Notes: generated by a model from the letters alone, not told the origin. Counted from the stretch's first letter, positions 27,372 through 40,499 are shown. The stretch: 64,000 nt of DNA from the human T2T-CHM13v2.0 reference genome, Homo sapiens (GCF_009914755.1 NC_060927.1); one strand, 5' to 3'. Numbers and translations are program-made.

Positions 27372-29406
27372 AAACAAGAAACAAGACTGAATCAAACAAG
27401 AAGTAAGACTGAATGAATATTACTTCATGGCCCCTTTTGGTAAAAGTCAAAGAAAAGTCTTCTGTCAAGTTAGCAATACTTTCATCATTTTTCCTCTTTA
27501 CAGTTAAAAACTGCAAGTTGTGTTATCTTATGGTTTAAGATATTAAACTTTATTTTCTTTAACAAATGAAGGGAGAAATTTCTAGAGAGATCTGGTATGC
27601 TCTTATCTCTGAGAGTCACCATTGGATCTTGAGGCACATATGAACCTGAGGCTGAGTAAAATGCATAGAGAACATTTGAAGAATTGGTATCTTTGATTTA
27701 CGTATTTTCTACCTACTCAAAACTGTAATTGTTTAATGACAGCTGAAAAAATATTTAGATACATAGTTTTATTCCAAGAAATTATTTCTCTTCATCTGAA
27801 TTATTATATTTCAGTATGTGTGTTCTTTTCCTAACACTCTCTCCCTTGTCTTGAGTGATTTACATTCATGTTTTACATAGCCTTGCCTACTAAATGTACA
27901 CAATGCACAAGTGAGTGTGTGTGTATAATAAATAACTTGGAGAATTTGCTCCATAACCCAAAATTTAATAATGAAATCACAAGAAAAAACAATTACTCAA
28001 AGTCAACATTTAATAAAATAGCTTAACAAATCCTAAATGTCTTAGTATGAGCTTTAAGCTATTTATTAATAAGGTCAAAGTAATATTAGCTTCTCAATTA
28101 AATCTTGTATGAGAACTTTAATAAACACAGTATCTTTACGAAATCCAAATAAATAGGTGATTTAGAATTTGACTGGACTGAAAAACAATTTGAAGGGAAA
28201 AATTCATCAAGATAATATTAGAGATTAGATAATGATAAAATGTTTTATCAAAGTATATCAGATAATGGATTGTATACTACTTATTATTTATACATATTTA
28301 TTTAATATACATTGTATTAAAATATTTATAAGTATGAAATCTTTAATAATAATATGTAGAGATAATTGTTTAGAGTTCTTATAATACATTTTTTATAATA
28401 AAAAATCATCACATTGCATATCTCCTTAAACAATAATGGTTAAGGTGGGCATAAGCCAAGAACAATTTTTGGCACTAAATATCCCCAGGTGTTCAAACTG
28501 AGAGCTCTTAATCCAGTTAGTTATTAACTGCCAAGTAATGTCTAACAGTGGCACATTTCTCAAACTACAAATTCAAGATATATATAGAAAATTCTATTGT
28601 ATCATCAGAGGATATAGCAGTCCAGCTATAATATATATACATAAATATATATAAAATATATTTAACCTAATATACTGATTATTGAGGCAATTAAATAATT
28701 TGAGACTGTATTTTTAACTATGATTGCTAAAAATTGTGTTTACATATTTTTAACAATAACTGGCAAATATTAACGTTAAATAAAAGTTAGTTGCTTTGGA
28801 AGGTTTGAGGATATTTCTATCCCAGTATTGAGTAACAAGTATGTGGATTCTTTCATGCTGCCATATTGGTATGAATATCTTTTACACCTTCAGGAGCTTC
28901 AGTATTGCAAAAATAACACATCTTCCATATTAAGTCTCTAAATAACAATAAATATTAGTTTCAGAGATTTATAATTTCTCAGTAGAGTTCACTTTTCTTG
29001 TTTCTTGTTATTATTTTTACCAAAAAAGACATATATTTTACTCACTATACAAAAATAAAATTAAAAGAAAACAAAAATAAGCATAGTGGTTTTATCTGTG
29101 GTTAGTCTTTTAAAATTCTTTTTAGAGATACATTTGTAATTATTTTAATTGTTAAGAATTCTTCCCTTCCACAATTTACTATCCCACACTTGTCTTTAAC
29201 TTTCAGATATACTTTTTCTCTTTTAGCAAAAGCACTCCAGGGCAGTCACTCCAACAGTATGTAGTTGTATAAGTTCCACAGAATGCTATTTCTTACTGGC
29301 TAGACTTACATTCTTCCCAACTTAGCTATATGAAGCGATTTCATTCATTTAAAATTGAAGTGGCTTCTGGTATGTTCTAAAATAACATTAAAAAATAGCA
29401 ACTATT

Positions 29407-29708
<302 letters not shown>

Positions 29709-31088
29709 TATGCTGGAGGTAATGGATTAATATATGAATTCACTGCATTTTAAAAAAGTATCACTACATTTTCTCTAGTTTGAGTTTCCCTAATGAATTG
29801 TCTATTCTGGTTTTAAAGTGTCCTGTAAGGGCTTTCTGCCTTTTGTTCCTTTAAATTCTTTATGCTACTAACAGAAAAGTATTTCTAAAATGCAAAATGT
29901 TACTTCTCACTTGTTCACCAATATCTGATAACTTAGCAGAGACTATATAAAACAGTGCTTTAAAATTGTGCTAGCTACCATAACAGGTAAACCTTGATGA
30001 AACAGAGTATTGTACAGTAGTTTGACAAAATTAATTCAGAAACTCATATGACAGAATTTCTCTAATCTCAAAACTTGGTTCCAAAGTTTACCTTGGACAT
30101 TGGAAACCATCAGAATGAGAGAAGAGAGACAATACCATACATGAGATTTAATTAGCCCAAGACTATGGCTTTATGTAGTTTTATATGGCAAATATAATTT
30201 TTACCCTTATTTCATTCGCCAAAACCACAAGCCCAGACCACCAAAAAAATACGTCAGAATTTTATGGGCCAGCGATATGTTCAGGAAGAGAAAGAAGGTT
30301 GAGATTACTTAGTTTTTACTTGCTGAAAAGCTAAGCAATCTCAAATTCTGGACAGTGCAACCAGGATTTTACTTAAACCTCAGTTACAGTCTTAACTTTG
30401 TACCTTTGTCATATATCTTCCAGTCCAAACGTGTCATTGCTCATAAAGTAGAATTTTATGTGCCTGGACTCGTGTTCTTTCCTATACCTTAAAATTCACT
30501 GGCCATTGCCAATCAGAATTGCCAATCTTTTAAAATTTGGTAAGTATTTTCTATTCCCTCTATTCTATTAAATTCTATTAAATTCTCCCTATCAGAGACA
30601 CTTTTCTCATTTTTTCTTCCTATTTTAACGCGGTATTAAAAAGACTTCCACCACCATGAGTTAAGTCATTTTACTGCAAAATTTAAAAATAGTTACAAAT
30701 TAATTTATAGTTAAAATAATAGAATATATAATCACAATGTGAATATTGTAGAGAAATTCATTCGGTTTCATTAAATAAGCTTATCACATTTTGCATATAT
30801 TGATTCTTATCTTAATGTATCAAGGAAATGAATAGAAGTTTGTATCAAATCCCTGTAGCATTTTCAGTCTGTTACTTTCCCTCAAATATTATTCAAGTCC
30901 TTTAAGACGCTTATAGAAGTTATCAGAGCAAGACCTAATAATTATTATTTCCATAAATCTTTTAATTTAAATGTAACACAGACTTCAGCTTTCTACAGTT
31001 TTAATATTGTTTAGCCCCAAACATTTTCCATAATCTAAACCACCTGATATAAAGAAAACAATAAATTAAATAAAAAGTTCTTCAATGA

Positions 31089-31415
<327 letters not shown>

Positions 31416-31949
31416 TAATCAGGATTTTGATATGACTGAGTGTTCTTGGGTTTCATTTTATTCTGCTACTTGTTAGAAGCTACTTTACCAGAAAAGGAGA
31501 GACATCTATTTTCATAGTGGGTATTCTATTCTAACTTGGGTATTTCTATTCTGCCTTAAAACACTATTATTCAATTAGGTAACCGCTGTAGTCACTGATA
31601 GCGTGAGGCATCAATCACAATTTTCCTACAACGCCCCATTAATGTCACAGCAGATTGAAAGGCTAATTTTTAATGAAACACTACCTTTGAGATTTTTATC
31701 TTGATGACAAAAATCCATCCATAATGGTTGTGTATTCACACTTTGTGGGCATAAAGATTAATTATACATTTCCCTGATTTAAAAAATGTTTGCTATTGTA
31801 TATCTACATTAAGTCCAAATTAACAATTGTGAACATGGCTAATACCTGCTCCACCAGCCTTATAGCAAAAGGTAGTATGAGAAATAAATTTGAGTAAAAA
31901 TACAGATATAATGCAGGGGGACATGACGTTGTGAGACCCAGTGAGAAAC

Positions 31950-33312
31950 TGTGTCTGGAATTGGTGGGTTCTTGATCTCACTGACTTCAAGAATGAAGCC
32001 GCGAACCCTCGCGGTGAGTGTTACAGCTCTTAAGGTGGCCCATCTGGAGTTCGTTCCTTCTGATGTTCGGATGTGTTCAGAGTTTCTTCCTTCTGGTGGG
32101 TTCGTGGTCTCACTGGCTCAGGAGTGAAACTGCAGACCTTTGCGGTGAGTGTTACAGCTCTTAAGGCAGCACGTCTGGAGTTGTTCGTTCCTCCCGGTGG
32201 ACTCGTGGTCTCGCTGGCTTCAGGAGTGAAGCTGCAGATCTTCCCGGTGAGTGTTACAGCTCATAAAAGCAGCCTGGACCCAAAGAGTGAGCAGTAGCAA
32301 GATTTATTACAAAGAGCGAAAGAACCAAGCTTCCACAGTGTGGAAAGGGACCCGAGCGGGTTGCCACTGCTGGCTCGGGCAGCCTGCTTTTATTCTCTTA
32401 TCTGGCCCCACCCACATCCTGCTGATTGGTAGAGCCTAGTGGCCTGTTTTGACAGGGCGCCCATTGGTGTGTTTACAATCCCTGAGCTAGATACAAAGGT
32501 TGGTGCACTCACAAACCCTGAGCTGGACACAGGGTGCTGATTGGTGTGTTTACAAACCTTGAGCTAGACACAGAGTGCCAGACTGGTGTATTTACAATCC
32601 CTGAGTTAAGACATAAAGGTTCTCCACGTCCCCACCAGACTCAGGAGCCCAGTTGGCTTCACCCAGTGGATCCCGCACCGGGGCTGCAGGTGGAGCTGCC
32701 TGCCAGTCCCGGTGCCGTGCGCCCACACTCCTCAGCCCTTGGGCCGTGGATGGGACTGGGCACCGTGGAGCAGGGGGCGACGCTCGTCGGGGATGCTCCG
32801 GCCGCACTGGAGCCCACGGAGGGGGTGGGAGTCTCAGGTATGGCGGGCTGCAGGTCCCGAGCCCTGCCCCGCGGGAAGGCAGCTAAGGCCTGGCGAGAAA
32901 TCAAGCGCAGCGCCGGTGGGCTGGCACTGCTGGGGGACCCGGTACACCCTCTGCAGCGGCTGGCCCGGGTGCTAAGCCCCTCAGTGCCCAGGGCCGGCAG
33001 GTCCGGCGGGGCTGGCTGGCTGCTCCAAGTGCAGGGCCCGCCAAGACCACGCCCACCCGGAACTCCAGCTGACAGCGAGTGGGAACGCAGCGAGTGGGAA
33101 CGCAGCCCCAGTTGCCACTCACGCCTCTCCCTCCACACCTCCCTGCAAGCTGAGGGAGCCGGCTCCGGCCTTGGCCAGCCCAGAAAGGGGCTCCCACAGT
33201 GCAGCGGTGGGCTGAAGGGCTCCTCAAGTGCCCCCAAAGTGGGAGCCCAGGCAGAGGAGGCCCCGAGAGCGAGCAAGGGCTCTGAGGACTGCCAGCACGC
33301 TGTCACCTCTCA
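31950..33312 (-). mobile_element. LTR12C (HERV9) solo LTR with 4 bp TSD
   Basis: The minus strand starts TGAGAGGTGACAGCGTGCTGGCAGTCCTCAG and ends ...CCAATTCCAGACACA. It has three U5 repeats 'ggtgagtgttacagctc', a GC/CpG-rich U3, and AAAC on both flanks. Confidence 0.97.
32360..32620 (-). promoter_or_regulatory. LTR12C U3 enhancer/promoter (CCAAT/NF-Y repeats, TATA-like AATAAAA)
   Basis: Minus-strand CCAAT at 32425-32429, 32463-32467 and 32540-32544, and AATAAAA at 32388-32394, matching the known ERV9 LTR promoter layout. Activity at this locus is not shown. Confidence 0.65.
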
Positions 33313-33547
33313 AAACCACCTCACTTGGTTGTAGGAGGTCATTGAAGATTGCCTGGAGGAAGCCATGTTCAATGGGCACATTTGTAGAATGATGTGAGCC
33401 AGGTACGTGTGTGTCTGTGTGTGTTGGGGTTATGGAGAAGGGAGTTTGGTGTAGAGGGGTAAAGTTTAGGAGTTTGTAAGTGTAAAGAAAAGTGGTTTAG
33501 ACACTGGAAGTAGAACGTTAATCAACCAGATGATGAAAATGGATGTA

Positions 33548-33569
33548 TTAGGTTGTTGCAAAAGTAACA
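33548..33569. mobile_element. Partial MADE1/Hsmar1 TIR
   Basis: 'ttaggttgttgcaaaagtaa', preceded by TA. Confidence 0.6.
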
Positions 33570-34299
33570 TTTTATAATAAAATTGACAGAAAACAAGCAG
33601 TCGTTTAGAATAAGAGATGGTCATGATCGGGAAGAGATGAGGCTTGAAAGGTGAGAAAAGGTGGATTGACTTGATCTTTAGATAACATATATTTAGGTAA
33701 CATATAGATATAATTTGGAGACTTATTTGAATGAAAGGGGGGGTGGAGGTAAGAAAATTTATTTATCAAAAAGACTTTCAGATTTATGGCTGGAGGTGGA
33801 TACCTTTTCAAATGCTGAAATGAAAAGAGTTTCTGTGGGGATATAGTCAGGTTTTGGAGATGTTAAGAGTGTATGTGTGGGGATACCTGGTAGTTTTTGG
33901 CATTTCTATTATAAACAGCATGAAACTCAGGGCAGACATATCTTTTGGTGATAAAGTTTATGAGAAGGACAACTTTTCTGTGGATTCTGATGGTATGTTA
34001 CTCAGAAATATCTTTCTCAGCAGTATTCAAGCTGGAGTAGCATTTCAAAATTTTGCTTTTAACAGATGTCAATTACCATTAAAGCCAATTTCACATTAGT
34101 TGATGAATTTAAATTTTACAGTATCTAATGCATGGGCATCTGTTTCAACTCTCTGTTTTTCAAGAGGTAGTATATGTCTGAAAAATCTATTTTGTCATTT
34201 ATGCTGCAGTCGGAATACTTGGAGCCTGGAAGTAAAGACTTGGCTATTTTCACAATTATAATAAATGATTCATGAGGGAAATGTTTCTATCTTTCAACA

Positions 34300-35200
34300 T
34301 TTATCCTCTGCTATTTTAGTGTTCTTGGTGCATAAGAGGAGAATGCATTTACTAGAAGACATAGTGATTGTTTCATGGAGCTGAAAGACAGACACCTGAC
34401 CATTTTGGCTCTTCATAACCCAGAATCAATAGGCAAATAAAGGCTTTACTATGATCCTGGAAGGATTGATCCAGATTCTTAAGGGACCCTTATACAATGG
34501 GTTGAGTGTGTCTGAAACTCAGAAACCTTCCAAAGAGGCTCCAACTAGCATGTCTCTTGTGGAAAATTGATGTCAGATTACTATTACACAATAGTAGGAT
34601 TTCCAAAAGTTTGACATATGCAGGAATAAATAGTTGGTGCATCCCATTTGAAGAATATTAACTGACTGAGGTTTTACTCAAGGAAAAGGACACATAAAAT
34701 GTGCAGTGAAAGAAAGAAATTATAGATACAAAGTACAGCATTGTGGCCTGTTACAAAAAAAAGGATTTTATTTGCTACCCATACTATATTGTTCAGTCTG
34801 TCATCTGTCATCTATCTGTCTATCTATCTATCTATCTATCCATCCATACATTAATCTATCTTATACAAGTCCTTATTTCCTTCTCTCTCTAATATTTTAT
34901 GTTACATACAGGTCTTGGTGGTGAATCATTTTTAAACTTAGCTCATTTAATATAGAATATAAAGATAGGAATATTGATTTAATTATGAAAGGAATGAGTA
35001 CCACTCAGAAACAGGTATACTAATGGTTGGAAAGTTGGATCCTTTCTCTGCAGGTAGAGGGTAAGTTCTTCATTTTTATGGGGCATAAGTGTATTATGTT
35101 GAATGGGAACATATTCTCACTGCTGGTGTTATTGTTTGTGATTTTGCATATAAATAGAAAGGCATGTTAGGATAATTAGTGGCCAGATGGGCCAGGGAAG
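34300..35200 (+). mobile_element. Ancient ERVL internal 3' region (dUTPase-like/end of pol), pseudogenised
   Basis: Manual frameshifted translation gives LVHKRRMHLLEDIVIVSWS*K / PDHFGLFITQNQ*ANKGFTMILEGIDPDS*G / KERNYRYKVQHCGLLQKKGF. These are collinear with recalled HERV-L peptides LVPEGGMLPPGDTTMIPLNWK / PGHFGLLLPLNQQAKKGVTVLAGVIDPDYQG / EEGSHQYQLRPRDQLQKRGL. Confidence 0.7.
34795..34860. repeat. (TCTG)/(TCTA)/(TCCA) tetranucleotide microsatellite
   Basis: Seen directly in the sequence. Confidence 0.9.
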
Positions 35201-35633
35201 TGTATAGCATTTACCATCAATTTCTTATGGTGAACTGTCTAAAGTGCTAAATATGGAAAACTAAGAATTGCATTACTCTAATTTTCTTATAACTGAATGA
35301 ATGTATTTTATTTTTATTTACAAGATGTAGTTGTGTAAAATACTGTATATGAAAACCGTGTTTTCTGAGACTTCTGCAGCTTCAGTTGGTAAGTCCTATG
35401 ATGGAAATGTTTGCATTTCTGATGTAGCCTTTGGATTGTGGCTACTCACTCTTATGACTGGTTCATTATTGTGAAAGCAAATTCCAGTTCCCTTGATAAC
35501 CCAGTTCTATAGTGTAGGTTTTAAACAACATCTGCATGCATTTTGCAAGCCATTTAATACCAATGATAAATTCCTTATGTTTGAACTAGCCAGAGTGATT
35601 TTCCTTTCTTGCAGTAGAACACTGATCAATACA
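35201..35633 (+). mobile_element. LTR33-like ERVL LTR (3' LTR of the preceding internal fragment)
   Basis: A purine-rich tract 'gggccagggaag' is followed by TG; the element ends 'ataaattccttatgtttgaactagccagagtgattttcctttcttgcagtagaacactgatcaataca'. Confidence 0.65.
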
Positions 35634-37644
35634 ATGGAGATATCAAATAAGGAAGCAAGTTTATTTTACATCTTTCATAATTTTTATTTTTGAAAAAGGA
35701 GGACTTCTGAGTTTGATATGAGCAAAAATTCTGGCATAGTCAACACCATTTGAGAATACTAGAAGTCAAAGAAGAGGGGAGAGACTTCTTATTTGGTATT
35801 TAGCCATTTGTAGTCCTGGGTAGTTATAAATTAACTCTACCCTGATCATATTGCAGGTCCTTCTAATTATGCAGATAATTGTTTATGGAGTAATTGGTTA
35901 ATAATAATATGAGAAGTTATTAAAAATGATACCTCCTCTTTCCATCTTCCTCCTTATGTACATCATATTGTAGATGAATCTGTTCTTTTCTAACAGTAAA
36001 GGTAAAATAAGGGAATACTAGTTAATAAATATGTCAGGAAAGGCAATTTGGGCGACTTTGGTTCATTGAAAAGTATCATAGTATGAGAGCATTTTCCTAA
36101 AGTGTCAATGTATTTCAAATAGAATATTAAAAAGAATAAATGCATTATTGACAGAACAGGGACAGCATGGAGTAAACAGAGAACCCAGCCATTTATTTCA
36201 TTCTTTTAATATTTGAATGAGCTTAGTACTTGTATTTTTGAGAAGTAAATGGATCCTGAGTTTTTACTGACACAATTTTGTACCTAGTGCTACTGTAACT
36301 TCTCACAAAGACCCAAAATTATGCTGTGCTAAAATGCCTACTATTATCTCTCCTTCCTTATGACACTGAAAGAGATGTTCCTCAATCTTTATGTGGACCT
36401 CATGGACAGGAATAGGAGACATACACAGAGACTTATTACAATACGAAAAAAAATAAAAATATTTCATTTTATAATGGTAGTCACCAAAAAGTAGTATTTT
36501 AAGTAAATCATTGTGCTTTGTGGGCATCAGATCCAGTCTAGCTGGTGCGAGTAGTAACTGACTGAACTGTCAAGCTTTTTACTACATGTCACTAAAGTAT
36601 TTCTGCATTTATTACAAGCCTATGGTGTATAACACTGAACCTAATCAGCAAAAAATAGTATTTTCTACTATCACCTTATTGAAAAGTCCTGGAACTCACA
36701 AAATAACATTCTTTAAAAATATTTCTTTAAATTGATTCCCCACACCCACCTTAGGAAATGTTGTGGAAATTAACTCATATTACCTCTTATTAACAAGAAA
36801 CCACAAAAAACTAAGCAGAATGAGGTTAAAGTAAGAAAAACTGAAAGAGTCAAAAATAATTTTCAAAAAAAGTGGCTCCAATTAATATATTTTCCAAAGC
36901 CTGGTTTATTTACACTAACTCAGACTGGTCTTTAGAATACCTATCTTCCAGTGTCCAAAAAGAAGCTCCAAAAAGGAAATGTAAATTTAATTTGCCAAGG
37001 ATATCACGGGGTTAATTTAAAGGGGCAAAGGAGCTGCAGGCTGCTAACTGAGGTAGAAAGCAAAGCAACCTGCTCTTTAGAATATGGCTGGGTGCCTTAT
37101 CTTAGTTTTCTGATAATTGCCTTGCTTTGGACAAGATTTTGCTTGTCCATTTATTTATTCTGTTAGGATTTACCTGAGCTTATGTCCTGCACGAATTTGA
37201 GACAGTTTACAGAATTAAATACAATATGAAACAAGGAAATACATTATTTTTAAAAAAGAAAACATGCTTGGATTCCTGGCCCTGGTCCTTCCCATATCCA
37301 GTTTCAGATTTGTCCTTGACTTAGGCATTAGCTCCACTTCATTTCCTACTTAAAGGGAAATAGGAGATCCCGGATTCTTGAAGGTAAGAAGTGCCCAAGT
37401 ATCAGATACAGGCCTATTGAGGTATTGGAAATCTGAGAAGAGCATCTTCGCATTACTTTCTATGTGACTACTTAGTAATCTAGTTTTTTGCTATATATGA
37501 GGTTGCTATATATAGGGGCCATGGATCCAGAGTACATAGCTAGTGTGAGTAATAACTGATTGAAGTCAATCAAGTTTTGACTACATATCACTTTAGCCTG
37601 GAATCCTACCTGCATCCTAACCTTCACACACTAATTTAATTTAT

Positions 37645-37928
37645 CAGATTAGCAAATAAAATATAGGATACCAGTTAAGTTTGATTTTCAGATAAGCAAC
37701 ACATAATTTCTTTGTGTTTAATTATGTCCCAATTACTACATAGGATTTTCCTTAGAATCTCAATTACCTCTTTCATCAAAGGATTATACTTACACACACT
37801 TGGCAGGATTGTTATAAGAATTAAGAGAGAGAATGTGTTGTATGGGACCTAGTTATACTAAAACAATTATTCTCCGTTTACCTGAGAAACAAATTTAACT
37901 GGGCATTTTCTATCTTATCTGGTAACTG
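37645..37928. mobile_element. MER53 palindromic hAT MITE with a ~100 bp MIR-like central spacer
   Basis: Left arm 'cagattagcaaataaaaatataggataccagttaagtttgattttcagataagcaac...tatgtccca'; right arm 'tgggacctagttatactaaaacaattatt...aaatttaactgggcattttc...tctggtaac'. Confidence 0.8.
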
Positions 37929-38409
37929 TATGCTAACTTCTAAAAGATTTTCCTGGGGCCATTATTACCTACTGTATGTCCCAAGTTGATAGCTATCAAA
38001 GCTTTCTAGCTGTGACATACTTGCTTTCTTTTTCCTTTCTGGTCTTCACTAACTTAGGTGAGTTGATTACTTCCCATTTCTGTGAGTGGCTCCCTCTCAA
38101 TAGTGTGACCTATGTCTCTATATGAATTTCCTGGACTTGCCTGCAGTTTTCTGTGTGGCTGGTATTTTCCCAACACGCCCAGTCTCATAAACCTCTCCCA
38201 TCTGGCCTGTTACTACCACTTCACTGACATTAAGTCCTAGTTTTGTTTGGGGCAGTTCTATTAAAAGCAGCGAATAAATATGCAACATCTCCTCGGTTCC
38301 AGGTATTGTGAGAGAGATTCTGCAAATGCAAAGAGGAACAAGCCATGAGCTCTATCATCAGGGACCTCAGAATCAACAAAGAAATAGGCATTAGAGTGAT
38401 GATAATATT

Positions 38410-38610
38410 AATAACTACTTTTTTTTTGGGTATTTAGTACAGGCCAGAAACATTTTCTTCCTTGATTCTGGAGCAACCCTGCCAATCATGTGTAAATATC
38501 ACCTCTTTAAGAGAGAGAAAATTGAAATTCTGAGGATAATCAATTTTTCTAAATAAACACTTTCAATGACAGAACTGGAATGGGAGTCCTGATCTCTCAC
38601 TCTAGATCGA
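38410..38610 (-). mobile_element. MIR, degenerate
   Basis: 'gtatttagtacaggccagaaac...gagaaaattgaaattctgaggataatcaatttttctaa...acagaactggaat'. Confidence 0.55.
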
Positions 38611-40499
38611 TCATACATTGCCCTGGCCCAGCCTCAACAGAACCCTGTGCAGATAGCTTCTTGTGCAGATAGCTCAAAGGGGCTTCCTCAGTTCTAGGCT
38701 TTACATGACATTTCAGCTCAGCTGCTCACAGCTGTCTTGAAAATAGTCCCTGTTTCCAAATTTCACCTTTCCAGGAAGGATATTGATTATCCACGTCCTA
38801 TAAGACATAGTATTTTGTTCTCCTGATGATGAACTCCCTGGAATTAGCTGTCTAACTTTGGTTCTTAGGAACTGGGCTAAGGAAGCACAAGGTTTAAACA
38901 AATGTGGCCTCTTGGCAGGCATTGTGAGCGAGAGGAAGGGCAGATTTACTGCAAGGAGGACAGGAACATTCCAAACCATGTCTAGTGAAGATGTGTTTCT
39001 AAATATGGAGGCACTGGGAATTTTAGGCAGCAGCACTGGTATTTCAAGAGGAACATAAATTCAAAAGTTGCTAGTTCAAGAAATTCCTCGGTAGGTGTGA
39101 ATTCACAGGAGTGAGAAGGTATCTTTACATCTCTGATGACCTGCTCTAAGGAGCCCGGGTATAGTTCAGTTTCAGAAAGTACTAAAAGGACTTAACTGAT
39201 ACAAGCAATAGAGCCCAGGTGCAGGATCTTTCTCAATACCTTTTTTTATATGATTGGATATATAGTCCAATTAGTGCAAGCCCTTGAGATGACTAATATT
39301 TTACTAGTGTCAAACTTCCTTTTAAGCTTTTATTTAAAATATGCTAAGTATTCCAATAAATAAATACACATGGCACAAATAATACAAATGATGAGACATC
39401 TTGGAATGTGGTGACATAGTAGTATTCTATTCTATGTTGAGGCATTCTAATCCAGAATCTGAAAATAAAAGAACAGGTTATTCAATATGTAAACATTACT
39501 TTTTAAACACTTTTCAAATTATTATATACCTCCTTTTCACTGTCTCGTAAATTCACATCAAATCTAGCTTAATACAGTATCTCTCTAACCAATATTTTTC
39601 CTAACATAGAGGCATTGTCAAAAGAGGAAAAAACAAAAGGCAGGTAACTAATTCAATGAATAGTTCCAAGTACTGGTACTGGTAGAACACCTTTTCTATA
39701 CTTTGTGTACACGTTGAGGCTAAAAATATTAAGGGAATGAACAGGAAGAAGATTATGTAAGCACAAAATATATGCATATACAGGTAATATATACACACCC
39801 ATTTGAAACAAAATAAGATTATTCCCTGTAAATATTAAAAAGCTTTCTGAGACTATGAGGTAGTGATAGCAATGAACACAAGACTACATGTTCAAGCTGT
39901 GAATTTATGAAACAGATATCACATGTAAGAATTTTAAAGAAACTGAAAAATATGTTTTTTGGCTATTGGTGCTCTATTTTTTTCCAGGCTGCTGCTGACA
40001 ATTACCACCATCAGTTTATAATTTTATAAACTGCCACTTTATAATTGCTAAGCATGAGAAGTTGTCCTTAACATTCTCCTCCCCAGGTTGGTTGAGAAAA
40101 CCAAAGCTATCAAGGCTAAGTGAGGGCATGTCTGGTTATCACACCCGAATCTCAGAGCTTGAACTGGCTTGCCCAGGAGTCTGGGAGAACAGCTTTGCTG
40201 ATTTGACAATACATAAGAAAACCTTCCAGAAATTACAATGTAAAAGTAAGTTTTATTGTACCTGATTGATGGATCTCAAATACCTGCTAAGTTTAATAGT
40301 CAGACAGACATGTCTAAAATGGATTTTGAAAGTCTGGCTATCAGCACTTTCAAACGGATCAAATTACAAACAAGACACAAAATTTTCAGGTTGGCCAGTT
40401 TGCTAACTAAGGTTTTGAAGTTAATTGAAATTTTTAAGTTAACTAATTTCTCTCTCCCTCCTTCCCTCTGTTCCTCCTTTCCTCTCTTCTTTCCTCTTT

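Noticed and set aside
32534-33334. Longest ORFs in the track (266 aa plus strand, 215 aa minus strand)
   Set aside because: They lie almost entirely within the GC-rich LTR12C U3, where stop codons are rare. Overlapping ORFs occur in several frames, which is a compositional artefact.
34100-34181. C/D-box snoRNA-like spacing (TGATGA ... CTGA, ~80 nt)
   Set aside because: Box C lacks the leading purine, and there is no convincing terminal stem or recognisable rRNA guide. Such motifs are frequent by chance.
34795-34860. TCTA repeat as a known forensic STR locus
   Set aside because: The tract is short and the flanks do not match any STR marker I recognise.
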